Shown here piece after piece: positions 1 through 12,398 of a stretch of DNA of 64,000 bases; position 1 is the first letter of the stretch, and each line of letters starts with the position of its first letter. The notes below the pieces were generated by a model. That model was not told where the DNA came from. It searched no databases and saw nothing but the letters and a program-made list of their open reading frames with translations. The position numbers and the translations under genes are program-made. Source of the DNA: Octopus vulgaris (Eukaryota); assembly GCA_951406725.2 (NCBI GenBank), contig OX597833.1:9424001-9488000 (forward strand), written 5' to 3'.

Positions 1-52
1 AACTTAGTGGCTCGTCAAAAGATCGATTGAATAAGTACTATAGTTCTTGTAT

Positions 53-335
53 GTTTTATACATAAAGAGGGGAACATTGACAAGACTCCTTACATGCTTT
101 GCAACTACATGATTATTTAATAATTAGCGATTCCGCTGACGAGCTAAAGATTCCAAATTAGTTTATTTGGCAATTAATAGTGAAACTCGAGTTCCGGATT
201 AACTACTTCATTTTTTTTTCGTTCTAGTATTATAATGGCGTATCTCACGAATTCTCTTTTCGTGGTTTGAGTTTTAACTGGGCTTTTTGGCATGTAAAGA
301 GTCCTGTCAATGGTATCCTCTTTGTGTATAAAGAC
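53..335. mobile_element. Short fold-back element (Penelope pLTR-like) with an internal hammerhead motif
   Basis: 53-97 (gttttatacataaagagg...ccttacatgc) is an imperfect reverse complement of 290-335; hammerhead-like motif lies between them; followed by a (TA)n tract. Confidence 0.6.
131..198 (+). ncRNA. Minimal type I hammerhead ribozyme motif, slightly degenerate
   Basis: tccg-CTGACGA(136-142)-gcta...tagt-GAAA(182-185)-ctcgag-TT-c-cgga; palindromic stem III (aactcgagtt); one extra base before the 3' strand of stem I. Confidence 0.6.
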
Positions 336-371
336 TTTTTATACACTCTATTTTTAAAAATATGTCTTATG

Positions 372-420
<49 letters not shown>

Positions 421-421
<1 letters not shown>

Positions 422-845
422 CCTTAAATCCTTAAAAATGTTTTAGCCCGAAGGCCGCGGCCATGCTGGGGCACCACCGCTGAATGAGCTACACTAATTT
501 GTGAATCCACCTCTGATACGTGGCACTTGATCAACAAGGGAGTTCGATGCTGCTGCCCGTATCTGTGTCTCCTGTCGTGAGGTAGGTTCATCTGGGACTC
601 CCGACAAAAAGAGATCCAGTTTAGTTTTAAAGAAACCCACATCCACACCATGTAAGTCTCTCAGGCATTTAGGGAGGGTGTTAAAGGGCTGTGGTCCTCT
701 GAAACCCAAGCTGTTGCAGTATCTGGACCTGTATTTTGATGGTGATGTTGGAATCCTTGGCACCATGCAGTGGCGCCCCGTTCTGCGGTTGGGGTAACTT
801 TGAATGCCAAAGTTTGGGACAAGACCCTCCAGGATTTTCCAGTTG
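421..845 (-). mobile_element. 3' fragment of a CR1-group LINE (same family as 52196-54455)
   Basis: ORF 494-766 (YCNSLGFRGPQPFNTLPKCLRDLH...FKTKLDLFLSGVPDEP) matches the C-terminus of ORF 53529-54371; shares the 3' tail ggtggtgccccagcatggccgc. Confidence 0.85.
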
Positions 846-927
<82 letters not shown>

Positions 928-1061
928 TTTATAGAAAAATTAAAGACGAAGACAGGTGTAGGAGCAACAATCAGTATATTTAATTAACACTCGGGAAAAA
1001 TGGAAAAGTCTTTTACGTTTCGGTTTTTACCTGTCATTGTTTATTCACAATGCATTTTTTC

Positions 1062-1121
<60 letters not shown>

Positions 1122-1159
1122 TGTATGTATGTATGTATGTATGTATGTATGTATGTATA

Positions 1160-2520
1160 TACATCCTACATAATAACCACTTCATGTTTGACAATACATT
1201 TTACCGTAAAAAATCCGGAATTGCTATGGGTACAAGGGCAGCACCAGTCATTGCGAACCTAACAATGGGCTACCTGGAAATAATTGTATACCAGGAATCT
1301 TTATCGACCTTTGGAAACCCCCTCTCTCAATACATAAAAGAGAATTGGAAACGATTCCTGGACGATTGTTTTATATTCTGGAATGAAAACACAGATAAAC
1401 TCCTAAAATTCAAAAACCTATTGAACAGCATCAACCCAAATATACAGTTCACAATGGAATACAACCAAAAGGAGCTTCCATTCTTAGATATACTAATTAA
1501 AAAAATTAACCTTAAAATAGAAATAGACATTCTTTACAAAGCCAGAGACGCTAAACAATACCTACTTTTTGATTCATGAGAAAAGTTCAACACAACACAC
1601 CTTCCCCGAAAATACTGCCTTACATATCCACATACAACCCCAAAAACAAAGAAGCCTTCATCATCATCACCCAGAATTTACCAATACTTCATAAGGACCC
1701 CAAATTAAAGGAAATTCTAAACATACATAAAATCATTAAAAGCTACAAACAACCTAAATCACTTAAAAAGATTCTCACAAAGGCAAAATTGTTTTCTGAA
1801 ATTACGGATGCAAAAGTAAAAAAATGTGGTAGACCAAACTGTGCAACATGCCCAAACCTTCTAGAAGGATCAGAATTCCTCTTCAAAGAGGGACAAAAAT
1901 TCAAGATCAAATCTAATTTTACTTGTGCTTCTGAAAACATAATTTATGTCATAAGATGCTCGGGCTGCCACCAAAACTACGTGGGGTCCACGGGACTATC
2001 ACTCAGACGTAGATGCACACTGCATCGACAACAGATTGCATTCCCAGAATACAGAATGATACCCCTTAGTGTGCATATTGAGAAATGCGCAAAGCAACTA
2101 CTACCACAATTTTTAATCTTTCCATTTTATCAATGTGCTATTGGAACACCAACACAAATTAGACTAAACAAGGAAACATTCTTCATTGAAAAATATAAGC
2201 CCAAACTTAACCACTCTAACATTCTTATACAGAGAAACTCACCCCATTAAATAAAAGGGAAAATAAATATAAAGCGATTATCTCCCTTACGCCGGAAGAA
2301 ATCACTTATTACCTCCCCTTACCTGGAACTCTTCTTTACACTTCATAACGAAGACATAACACGATGTTTTGAGAAATTTGAAAAGTTAACACGAAACCGG
2401 TAATTTCTTCAAAAACTATGTCACTGTATGAAAAAATTTTATAACATTCTTCTAACATAATGACTCAAATATATTTTTTAACCTTTTAAAACAAGCCTTC
2501 TGTAGTTTTTTCACTTTTGA
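1160..2520 (+). mobile_element. Penelope-like element remnant (RT plus GIY-YIG endonuclease), 5'-truncated and internally deleted
   Basis: RT motifs GIAMGTRAAPVIANL, WKRFLDDCF, IQFTME...LPFLD; linker CGRPNCATC; GIY-YIG motifs IIYVIRCSGC...YVGST; degenerate hammerhead 3' half gaaaccggta at about 2393-2402; flanked by microsatellites. Confidence 0.9.
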
Positions 2521-2529
2521 CTATTTTCT

Positions 2530-2582
<53 letters not shown>

Positions 2583-2729
2583 AATACATACATGCATGCC
2601 TACATACCCCTTGAAACAACATATTAAATTGCTATCGCTGTAATTATTATTGTACATGTTTAACAAAAGTTATACACATCCGTATGTGAGTGAATATTTA
2701 ATATAGATTTTAGGAGGAAAGAAACCTGA

Positions 2730-3232
2730 CTATTTACTACACACAACGCACGTTAACTCCCTATAGTTCTCGTATGGAGGACTTGGCAACGAACCAACAA
2801 TAGCTTGTACGTGGTACAATAGAGCACCATCCTGATTTTGGTAGCCAGAATTATCAGCTTCAGCTTCTTTGTCGACACATATAAATTCAGTTCTACCTGC
2901 GTGCCTATAATGTTCTGTCATCAAATAACCTGAATACTCTATTTTCCAATTACCCAGACATTCTTTTCGACCAGGAATCATTATTACTGAAGCAGGTTCT
3001 TTTGTTTCACAGACCGCACAAGGGACGTCTTGATTTTGCAAAGTGTATGGTTTAGGTGCAAACATTCCAAATTTCGGACTTTTCTTAATGTCTGATACCT
3101 CATACTCAACACCGTATATAGTGGCAGCGTGTTCAAAAGTTTTTGTGAAATTACCCCATTGAGGTTTCATTGTAAGGCATAGATAGTTACTTCCGCCTCC
3201 ACTGTGTGAGTAAAACGATCCGGCAGCAACAC
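2730..3232 (-). CDS. Terminal exon of a gene encoding a short-chain collagen C4-like domain protein
   Basis: Open frame GVAAGSFYSHSGGGSNYLCL...IYGVEYE...DVPCAVC...MIPGRKEC...EYSGYLM...FICVD...ELTCVVCSK*, typical of this invertebrate family; acceptor gttgacag|GT with AG at 3233-3234, phase 1. Confidence 0.92.
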
Positions 3233-3629
3233 CTGTCAACAAATATGAGAAAATGTCAGTGTTTATTTTTGAAATAACTAATGAATCAAATTACATCTAC
3301 CATCGACATCACACCAAAAATGAGTGCAATGGTGAATAATTGTTCCATATAGCGATCACTCTAATTCACATTCATTAATTATCGTTGATAAACAAATATG
3401 AGATTTTAGTGAATTAAGAGTTGATTAGTTATACGTTCACACATTTCTTCTCAGAAGACGAATCAAAATTTGTTAAAAAAAAAGTATCTCGAGTAAAATC
3501 CATGTCTCGAGTTTTATTTCTGAGAAACTATTTGTGACGTTTAGTAATCTAGAAGTGGGTTGTGTTATAGTGTGGAACTTCTCGAGACATAAATAACCAA
3601 TGTTGGGGTGAAGCATTATATATGCTTAC

Positions 3630-3707
3630 CTGAATAGACTTGGTGAGATCTTTTAGAAGTGCAATTTCGTTTTCCCCAATGCGTATATACGGCACCAGAC
3701 CGAAAAT
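3630..3707 (-). CDS. Penultimate exon (78 nt) of the C4-like gene
   Basis: ccttacag|AT TTT CGG...TAT TCA G|gtaagc; encodes FRSGAVYTHWGKRNCTSKRSHQVYSG, the family motif GxVYxxWGxxxC...VYSG; phase 1-1 joins in frame to 3232. Confidence 0.9.
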
Positions 3708-3799
3708 CTGTAAGGTAAATATTTTTCATAATTACAATTAATGCTACACACACACACACACACGCACGGACACACGCACGCAAGCACACACACAATGTG

Positions 3800-4010
3800 A
3801 AGGCGCCTCGCTCAATGGCTAGAGCATAGGGCTCACGATCATGAGGTAGTGAGTTCGATTCCCGGATCGGGCTATGTGTTGTTTTCTCGAGCAAGATACT
3901 TCATTTTCACGTTGCTCCAATTCATTCAGCTGTAGAAAGTGCCCTCGGAGGGGAAGTTTCTAGGTGCAAATCCCATGATCATTCATTACCGAAGTGGGTT
4001 TTTACCCTCA
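3800..4010 (+). mobile_element. tRNA-derived SINE, degenerate
   Basis: A-box-like tcgctcaatgg, B-box gagttcgattcc, followed by a core-like gttgttttctcgagcaagatacttca segment. Confidence 0.7.
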
Positions 4011-4357
4011 ATATATAAATATATAGAGCGTTTGAAGTGATGTACAGATATTGTATACTGAGAAAAAGCAGGCAGTCAGAATTTTGGATAATCCTTTAAT
4101 ATCGCTTTCGTTCGTACTTCGAACTCATCAAGGCAAAATCAAAATGGTAAAGAACATTTCGTTGTGCATTTCTATGGATCGGAGGTGTTTCTGCTTTGTT
4201 TAGAAGAGAAGAATATTGTTTTTGTATTTTGGAAAAAGGATGTGAAAGAGAAAGAAAAGCAAAGAGGGGTGGATAGATAGAGAGGGAGGTTTCAGGACAA
4301 TCAAGAAGAAAGAAAAAATGATAATAAAGGATGGAGAACGGATATATATAATACTTA

Positions 4358-4450
<93 letters not shown>

Positions 4451-4619
4451 GTGTGTTTCTTTTTCAATTTGATGTAGTCAATTCCTTGAAATTTCATTAC
4501 AAAGCATTTTTTTCTTTCTCCTCTTTTTTCATTGTATACCTATCAATATATTTGGGAATTAAAAAGACAATGAGGCTGATCATCTCAAAACTAAGGACAT
4601 AAAAGGAGAAAAATAATGA

Positions 4620-5020
4620 ACATAGGATTCCATGTATTAATACGCACAATCCTTGGCTAGCCAACATCTTTCATATCATAAAATCAAACCTACCTATACT
4701 TCTACAAAGCTCCAAAATGAAAAATCTGATTGATAAAAAACCCTACCTCACACGAGCAAAATTCACATCAGAGAATGAATCAGAATTTTCCATGAAAAGA
4801 TGTGGAGATAGCAGATGTGGAACATGCAGCAGCAACTTAAATACTTAGAAAGTATTCACGACACCTTTGTAGAATTCCTCGCGTGGAACAAGAAAAGTAG
4901 AGAGACTGTTGGTGTACAGGTTTGGGATCTGGAGAACCGATTGTCTACATTCAAAAATCAAATACGAACTATTCATTGGGTCAAATTCCATTCCTATGTC
5001 AACTGAAAAAGTTATTAACT
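4620..5020 (+). mobile_element. Degenerate Penelope-like fragment (linker region)
   Basis: Reads LTRAKFTSENESEFSMKRCGDSRCGTC near 4747-4830, resembling LTKAKLFS...KKCGRPNCATC of the element at 1160-2520. Confidence 0.55.
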
Positions 5021-5029
5021 ACAGTTGTT

Positions 5030-5038
5030 CTTTGGTAG

Positions 5039-5121
<83 letters not shown>

Positions 5122-5707
5122 ACACACACATACACACACATACACACACATACACACACACATACACACACATATCTGTATGAGTGGACAAACAAAAGAC
5201 AAAAAACACCCTCTCTCTCTCACACACGCACACATACATTCAGAAGCATTAAATGATAGGCGAAACACAAATAAGGACACATGTTGGTTTTAAATTTTGA
5301 AACAAGGCCAGTAATTTCGGTGGAGCGAGTGAATCGATTCCAGTCCTCAACTGGTAATTATGTTATCGACTCCGACAGGATGAAAGACAAAGGCAACCTC
5401 AATGGAGTTGTAGGATAGATATTAAAACATGAAACATACCGAAAGGTGGTTTACTTGTCGGATTTTCTCTCTGAAATTAGAAAAAAACATATTTAATGTT
5501 AGTTATGTAATATATATTTGTTGTCCTTTAGCTCCATGTTAATTATGATTAAGAGAATTATGATCAAAAAGTTCAAGATATAATTTTGAATGGACGTTTG
5601 ATTACATTATCATTATCATTATCATTTAATGCTTCTGAATGTATGTGTGCGTGTGTGAGAGAGAGGGTGTTTTTTTCTTTCGTTTGTCCACTCATACAGA
5701 TATGTGT

Positions 5708-5778
<71 letters not shown>

Positions 5779-5787
5779 CTACCAAAG
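5030..5787. repeat. Inverted repeat pair (5030-5258 and 5620-5787) containing (CA)n/(TG)n, with a spacer of about 360 bp
   Basis: Unique parts (ctttggtagaaataac; catatctgtatgagtggacaaac; cattcagaagcattaaatgata) recur as near-exact reverse complements. Confidence 0.9.
5455..5470 (-). CDS. 16-nt micro-exon of the C4-like gene (RENPT)
   Basis: tttttctaatttcag|AGA GAA AAT CCG ACA A|gtaaac; phase 0 to 1, which is what is needed to link exon 7457-7498 to exon 3630-3707. Confidence 0.65.
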
Positions 5788-5829
5788 GCTCAATAAGACA
5801 ATAGAGTAATATTCGAAATTTGGTTACTG

Positions 5830-6280
5830 TTTTAGTGCTAAAAAGAGGAAATAACAAAGAGAAAGTGTAGGAAGCATGGACGACTATTACATGAAATAAA
5901 GCAACACGGAAAAAAAAAGAACAATTTTCTCTATACACAAGGAGGCGACAGAATACAAAACAGAAACAAATTACACTGAAACACTGATCTCAGATGACAA
6001 CACAACAGGTGTGATCAAAGAGAGAAAAACAACATGAAAACAGAACTACAAAACGAACTACAGGCAAAGCTTGACAGAGAAGTGAGCTTAAGTATAAGTC
6101 AACAATAGCTCAAAACTTCTGGACTAAAAGCAGAAAAAGAAGGATTAATCCTCGCTGCACAAGACCAACGCCTGACCACAAACCACTATAAAAGCAAAGT
6201 AACGAAATGGAAAATGTGCAACAAATAAAATAAAGAGTTGATCTCATCATTTCTGGTTGTCCTGTCCTCGCCAAATCTGA
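5830..6280 (+). mobile_element. Degenerate R4/Dong-type LINE fragment
   Basis: ggactaaaagcagaaaaagaaggattaatcctcgctgcacaagaccaa (GLKAEKEGLILAAQDQ) and catttctggttgtcctgtcctcgcc resemble the copies at 31-33 kb. Confidence 0.7.
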
Positions 6281-6336
6281 ATATATATATACATATATAC
6301 ATATATACATTCATACATATACATATACATATACAT

Positions 6337-6420
<84 letters not shown>

Positions 6421-6530
6421 ATCACCGTGACCGACCAGACTATCAGATGTTGCTACATATCGCTGGTCACAATGCGCTTCGCATTGTTTTAGCCTTCAAA
6501 TGACGCCACCCTGCTGGCTAAGCGAGCAGG

Positions 6531-6534
<4 letters not shown>
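6421..6534 (-). mobile_element. Isolated SINE 3' tail (second copy at 8079-8197)
   Basis: caccgtgaccgaccagactatcagatgttgctac...ggctaagcgagcaggcc matches 42091-42210; each copy sits in a (TA)/(TG) microsatellite. Confidence 0.8.
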
Positions 6535-6578
<44 letters not shown>

Positions 6579-6794
6579 AGGTATGGGGTTTAGTTCACAG
6601 GTGATCTAAACACTTAGGTACCGCTAGGTAAGTGCTGTAACAGATTACTAGGGCTATAAGATTATAACCGAGATGGAAATTGTGGAGCCATTGCAGATTT
6701 CCGATGCAGCAGATATAGAATTGTTAAAGAGGACAACAAACATTAAGACAAGGCAAACATCTCAAGTCGTATAGAATATTTTTGGAAAAAATTC

Positions 6795-6850
6795 AGCTTT
6801 ACACCTGTTTCTATGATATCCCCGAGCAAGGGATATTCCGACATCAGAGA
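6795..6850 (-). ncRNA. Degenerate hammerhead motif in a probable Penelope-like 3' remnant
   Basis: Minus strand: tct-CTGATGT-cgga-atatccc ttgctc ggggatat-cata-GAAA-caggtg-TA-aag; core position 9 and stem I are imperfect. Confidence 0.4.
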
Positions 6851-7456
6851 CAAATAGGGAAAGTGAAAATGGTATATATTAATGAGATGACGACATAGAG
6901 GAAGGGAGTAAAAAAATAAGGAGATGGAAAGAAAGAAGAAAAAAGCATAAAAGTTCATAGTTCAACTTTCCGAAGTTATAGAAACAAGAGCATGAATCCT
7001 TAGGTGCAATCCTGCGCAGATCCATGTGGGTTTTAAATCCTGACATAGTAGACATCCCGAGAAAAAAAAAAAAGCAAACATATCAACGTTCGATAACAGA
7101 ATGGTAGCGGAGGTGGCTATTTAGTGGTAAAAGGAAAGAAAAGAAAATGAATAGAAAGAGAGAGATAGAGTGAGGGAGGATTTTAAGGATTGGTTATAGG
7201 ATAAAGTAAGGTGCATAGGTGTGTAGTGTTTAAGAATTGCGTACGGGTAAGCTGAGAAGATATGAGAGAGGATGTGGAGGTAGAGGAAGAGGTAAAAACA
7301 GAGCAAAATCAAAGCAATTTAGAGAGAGTAATAGATGCCTGTGGTAGTCTAAAAGTCTAAAGTTGTTGGGGAGGAAATTTAGTAGTAATTGCTTGTGTCT
7401 AGTAAATATTTATCTCAACAGATTGTATTGATAGAGCACCAGGCTACATTACTTAC

Positions 7457-7498
7457 TTCATTTAGTTTTATTAATTTTGATTGAGATTTCAATTTAGG
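7457..7498 (-). CDS. 42-nt exon of the C4-like gene (PKLKSQSKLIKLNE)
   Basis: catctccag|CCT AAA...AAT GAA|gtaagt; consensus donor, open frame, phase 0-0. Confidence 0.55.
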
Positions 7499-7826
7499 CT
7501 GGAGATGATTTAACTCTGCCTCATCGATGATGTGTAAGATAAATACCAGTAATACACTGGTGAAATTTCTTCACACATATATATATATAAAACATTCACT
7601 TTGTGCGTATGTAAGAAATCAATAAGTGCATCAACAATCTATCGTGATCGTCTCAGATATATCATAGTGATTTCTGCTCCCACAATATCAAATCAAACAT
7701 ATTTGTTGAGTATTTTTAATGTTCAGTACACATCTTAATAAATAATTCTGTTGACAGATCACATAATCCCTATCCCATCTTAGATAATAATTCCACATAG
7801 AATATGTATAAATCAAATAATCTTAC

Positions 7827-7846
7827 CGGCTGAATGGATCTTTTCT
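7827..7846 (-). CDS. 20-nt micro-exon of the C4-like gene (EKRSIQP)
   Basis: aagttag|AG AAA AGA TCC ATT CAG CCG|gtaaga; phase 1 to 0; contributes a dibasic KR site. Confidence 0.6.
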
Positions 7847-8195
7847 CTAACTTTAATATACGTGAAGTTTGATGGAAGAAAGTTAGACCCATCATAACAA
7901 ACATAATTCCGACCAAAATCAGATGAATGTTGAGTTTTTTGAGGAACATTCTGTTGGCGATTGTGATATCTTCTTCAACAGAGAAACTTTGCAGTTGATG
8001 ATGTATGACAGTTGGTGGGAAATCAAATATGAAGTCTCTGCTCTTGGGTCGATATATGTGTGTGTATATATATATATATCACGTGATCACGTGACCGACC
8101 AGACCATCAGAAGTTGCTACACATCGCTGGTCACAATGCGTTCGCATTGTTTTAGCCTTCGAATGACGCCAACCTGCTGACTAAGCGAGTAGGCC

Positions 8196-8250
<55 letters not shown>

Positions 8251-8571
8251 CATACATACATACATACATACATACCTCTCCCATATATATAAATATATAT
8301 AAGCAAACTGTTATGTAACGCATACACACATCCTTGACAAATGGTGCATTACATCCTTTTTTGTTAGTTCGCATTGCATAAAAGAAGACGTGGCGGACGA
8401 GGAAGAAGTTGGAGAGGAGGAGGAAGAGGAGAAGTTTGTGGAGGTGGGAGTGATGGGAGGGAGAAGAACAATAGAATGGAGCATGTATAACGTCTATAAG
8501 TTTGGTATTTTGATTGTGACAGCGAAGAAATGAAAGTGGTGGAGGAGATGACTAGGGTAAGAATAAATAAG

Positions 8572-8635
<64 letters not shown>

Positions 8636-8879
8636 ATACTTCGTGGTTTAGTTGAAAGAATGATATTCACACTACAAAACATGTTACACCCAGATTTCTC
8701 AAAGACCAATTAAAATTATTGTCAATTGTATATTATATCTTCACACACACACACACACACACTCACACACACACGTGTCAGTGTATGTGTTTGTGCGTGC
8801 GTGTGTATGAGCGTGTGTGTGTGTGTGTGTGTTTGTATATATGCGTGTATGTATGATTCTATAGAATATGTCTTTAGTC

Positions 8880-10500
8880 AACTGCATGTAAGAGTAGCAA
8901 GATTCTACTTACCTAGAAAAGAAGGTGGTAGAAGGTTAATATCAGTGGAGTTAGCGAGAGTAGATATAATCTCTTCTGTAGGTAATAGTGAAGAAAGTTT
9001 ATTAAGAGCTGTTAGAGTAATAATAGGACATAGGGAGACCAAAAATCCAAATGAAGTTAAAAGCGAGAAAAAAGTGAACAAAAAACAACACAAATACCTG
9101 ACTGGCAAGAGAAGGCTTTGCATGGTAGATTCCCAAAGATAGTTATAGCAAATAGTGATTGTGAGACATGGTTATAGTTGCAGAGGTGAAAGCTAATAAG
9201 AGCAACAGAAAGTTTGTTAGTAGCAGCAAAAGACCAAACATTGAAGACTAATTGGATAAAAGTCAAAAATAGACAAAAGCCAAGTAGATTTCCAATGCAG
9301 GTTATGTAGATCAAAGGAGAAAAGTGTTACCTATATAAAAAATGAACGTAGTATGCTGTCATAGAAAGAAAAGACGTGACAATCTAGAGAGAATAATCAG
9401 CTGGGAGTTATATAGAAGGCTGGCATTGACCATACTGATAAATGGTATGAGCATGAGCCTAGTGGAGTATTAGAAAGCAAGAAATATAAGATGTTGTGGG
9501 ACTTTAAACATTCATACGGACAGAGTAATAGAAGCTAGAAAGCCTGATTTAGTATTAGTACTAGTAGTAGACAAATATAATAGAAAGTGCCAGGTAATTG
9601 ACTTTGCAGTCCCAAATGAGAAGAAAGTCAATATGAGAGGTATAGAGAAGGTAGAAAATACCAGAACCTAGCCATTGAGTTAGAGAGGTTATGGAAAGTG
9701 CTGGCAAAATGTTATTTGTTATAGGTTTTAGAAACTATCCCTAAAAAGTTGAACAGAATGATAGAGGAAATAGGCATAAGACCTAGTTTAGTACAGCTAG
9801 AAAAAATAGTGTTATCAGGGACTGCTAGGAAACATAGCAAGGTTCTTGACATCTAAGCTTCTTTGTTGTGGCAAGAATGAAATTCAAAGAAAGTATGTTA
9901 GACAGGTTGAAGAGAAACCTTTGCAATCAGTTTTGGAAAGCCAGTGAGGAGGTATGTGTAACAAAATCCTGGGCTTGGTAAAAAAAAAAGTACAATTAGG
10001 AAAAGAAACTGAGAGTCTAATCATAGCAACTCACGATCAAGCGATAAGAACAAACAATTTGAGAGAATATGTGTATGGGGAGAAGGTGTCAGTAAAATGT
10101 AGGGCCTGTGGAATTTGGAATTTGACAGTGGTACACATTGTTACAGAATATTCCAAATGGAGGCATAACCAAATTGTGAAAATTTTACACTAGAAGCTTT
10201 GTCAGAAATGGTGATTTGAAGCTGGAGGTACATGGCATGAGCTCCATGGGTCGAAGGTGTGCTGGAGTCGGAGAAATGCAAACTTCTCTGGGCCTTTCCT
10301 ATTCAAACGGACAAGAAGCTAGAAAATGATAGACCAGACATAATAATAATAATAGACAAGAAAAGAGAAGTTGCTTACTACTTGATACATCGTGTCTGTT
10401 TGACTCCAGGGTTGTAAATAAAGAGGATGAAAAGAAAAATATAATCCCTTAAAATTTGAAATTGCGAAGATTTGGAATATAAAAACTGCAAAGTCTCCAG
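8880..10500 (+). mobile_element. Two degenerate R4/Dong-type LINE 3' fragments
   Basis: RFYLPRKEGGRRLISVE; ETESLIIATHDQAIRTN...CRACG; LWDF...DRVIEARKPD endonuclease motifs; many stops and frameshifts. Confidence 0.8.
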
Positions 10501-11050
10501 TCACGGTGCACGCGCCCTAGCTCTGACAACGCAACCTTCGTGCTTGGCAAAGAAGAACTAATTAAGGGCCATTCTTGCTGTCAACACGTCGGTTGTTATG
10601 CCTTTCCTAAGCGCCTCTTCTAACTTCCTAACAATGTCTCCCTCTATCCAAGATTTCTCTAATGCTATTTCCTTACTAAAACATACCGTCTCTACTCTAG
10701 TAGCCCTTTTCAGGGGCTATCCAACAACAGCTGTTGACGATTGCGCCCCTCCCCAACTCTTGAGGGATTAACTTGCTAACCTGGTCTCTGAAAGCTTGGC
10801 GCGCCGGGAAGGACGCGTTCAGGTTCCAGTATCCGGGACCCTGTCTATATCGATCGTACAGATCACAAATTTATGGTCCGTGTAGACGACGACTTTGAAA
10901 TGTGGACAACTTATACTACCTCTATCTAGAGGCTTATAAAATTATCTAGATACGATCTAGAAGATCCGATGCGATTCGTCCATGTTCACATTGGAGCATT
11001 CTGGAAATCCAGTGGGGTACCTGTCAGCCAACTGGAATTTTCTTCTCTAG
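10500..11050 (-). mobile_element. Degenerate L1/Tx1-type LINE fragment (APE endonuclease C-terminus)
   Basis: Minus strand reads FQLADRY...TWTNRIGSSRSYLD...SCPHFKVVVYTDHKFV...WNLNASF, as in L1/Tx1 endonucleases. Confidence 0.6.
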
Positions 11051-11707
11051 CCAAGTCCAGACAGATTTCATTAAATACAACTTGAAAAGGAATATGAGAG
11101 TAGAGAAAGAGCGACTGATTTCTGTTTTGTTTAACCTACGGTGCGTGAGAGTAGAAAGCGTGACAAAACTGAATAGACCTATCCTGATTATGTTTTACTA
11201 AATAGAAAGAAGCAACTGCGACAGTGTACTTTTAATGGTTTTGTTGAATATACTTTGTTTAATACATTTAATAAAGTCCTAGAAAAAAACTTGGGTGCGT
11301 TCTCAGTGCAAAGATTGATACCTGATTGATTACATAATCACTAGAAACTCTCTGTCTAGCTGATACAACCTCGATCTTTTGCTGGATCAAGAGTGGGAAG
11401 GATATTAGTTACCCAGTCATACTTGCGAGTATAACCTTGAAACTAGTACCAGGTTTACGAGTAATGACTATGCACAAGTCACCAGAAAATGGGGTGAAAA
11501 GCATATTTATTCGATGCAACTTGTTGGCCGTCGTCGACTCTCTGCAGTAAAATATCTTTCGGAATTTCTTATCCTCACTTCCAGGTTGAAGAAACGTAAG
11601 CTCTCAGATATGCTCTTAGATGCAACACTGACCAATATAAATGTCATAAAAAATGTTGAAATATTTTGAAGGTTTCTTAAAGAAGCAACACATTCTACTT
11701 CCATGGT

Positions 11708-11763
<56 letters not shown>

Positions 11764-12121
11764 ATGCGTGCGTGCGTGCGTGCTGTTTGTGCGTTTCTGT
11801 GTGTTTCTATGTGTGTATCGGGATTGGTTCAACAAGAATCTGTTTTGAGAGAGTTCCCCACTGGGCCTAGAGCAACACTGTCTCTATTAACAGCGAATAA
11901 AAACTCTAGCATTACTCACATCAAGAAAACCTTACACTACGTAGTAAACATGAGCGGCATACAGTTAGAATCCTCTTAGTCGCACCAAATGCTGAGCTCC
12001 AGAATCAGCGAGGGTTTTTCCTGAAGACATATCTTCAGCAGAGACAAAATCGTGTTCGAACCTACAGCTTCTGCTGAAACTCGACAAGTTTAATTTGTCA
12101 AAAATCCGTGCAGCACGGATT

Positions 12122-12172
12122 TTTGTCAGTGAACAGGTCGCGGTCTTAAAGCGACGAAAATATTTTGACAAA
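12122..12172 (+). ncRNA. Minimal hammerhead ribozyme motif with swapped G3:C8 core
   Basis: tttgtca-GTGAACA-g-gtcgc-ggtcttaaa-gcgac-GAAA-atat-TT-tgacaaa: 7-bp stem I, 5-bp stem II, palindromic stem III. Confidence 0.7.
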
Positions 12173-12398
12173 TTAAACTTAATTGTTGAAGTGAATCGAA
12201 CGGCTTTTGTGTGTTTCTTGAATGGCTTACAAACACCTTCCATACTGCAACTGTTTTCGTTTCAGCACACGATCTCAGATCAAATCACTTGCTATGCAAG
12301 TACATCTCAGTAAAGAAATAGTTTACACAAAATTGCCATGTATTACCGAGATGAACTTACCAAGGATATATATATAAACAAACTTTAAATTTTCTTAC

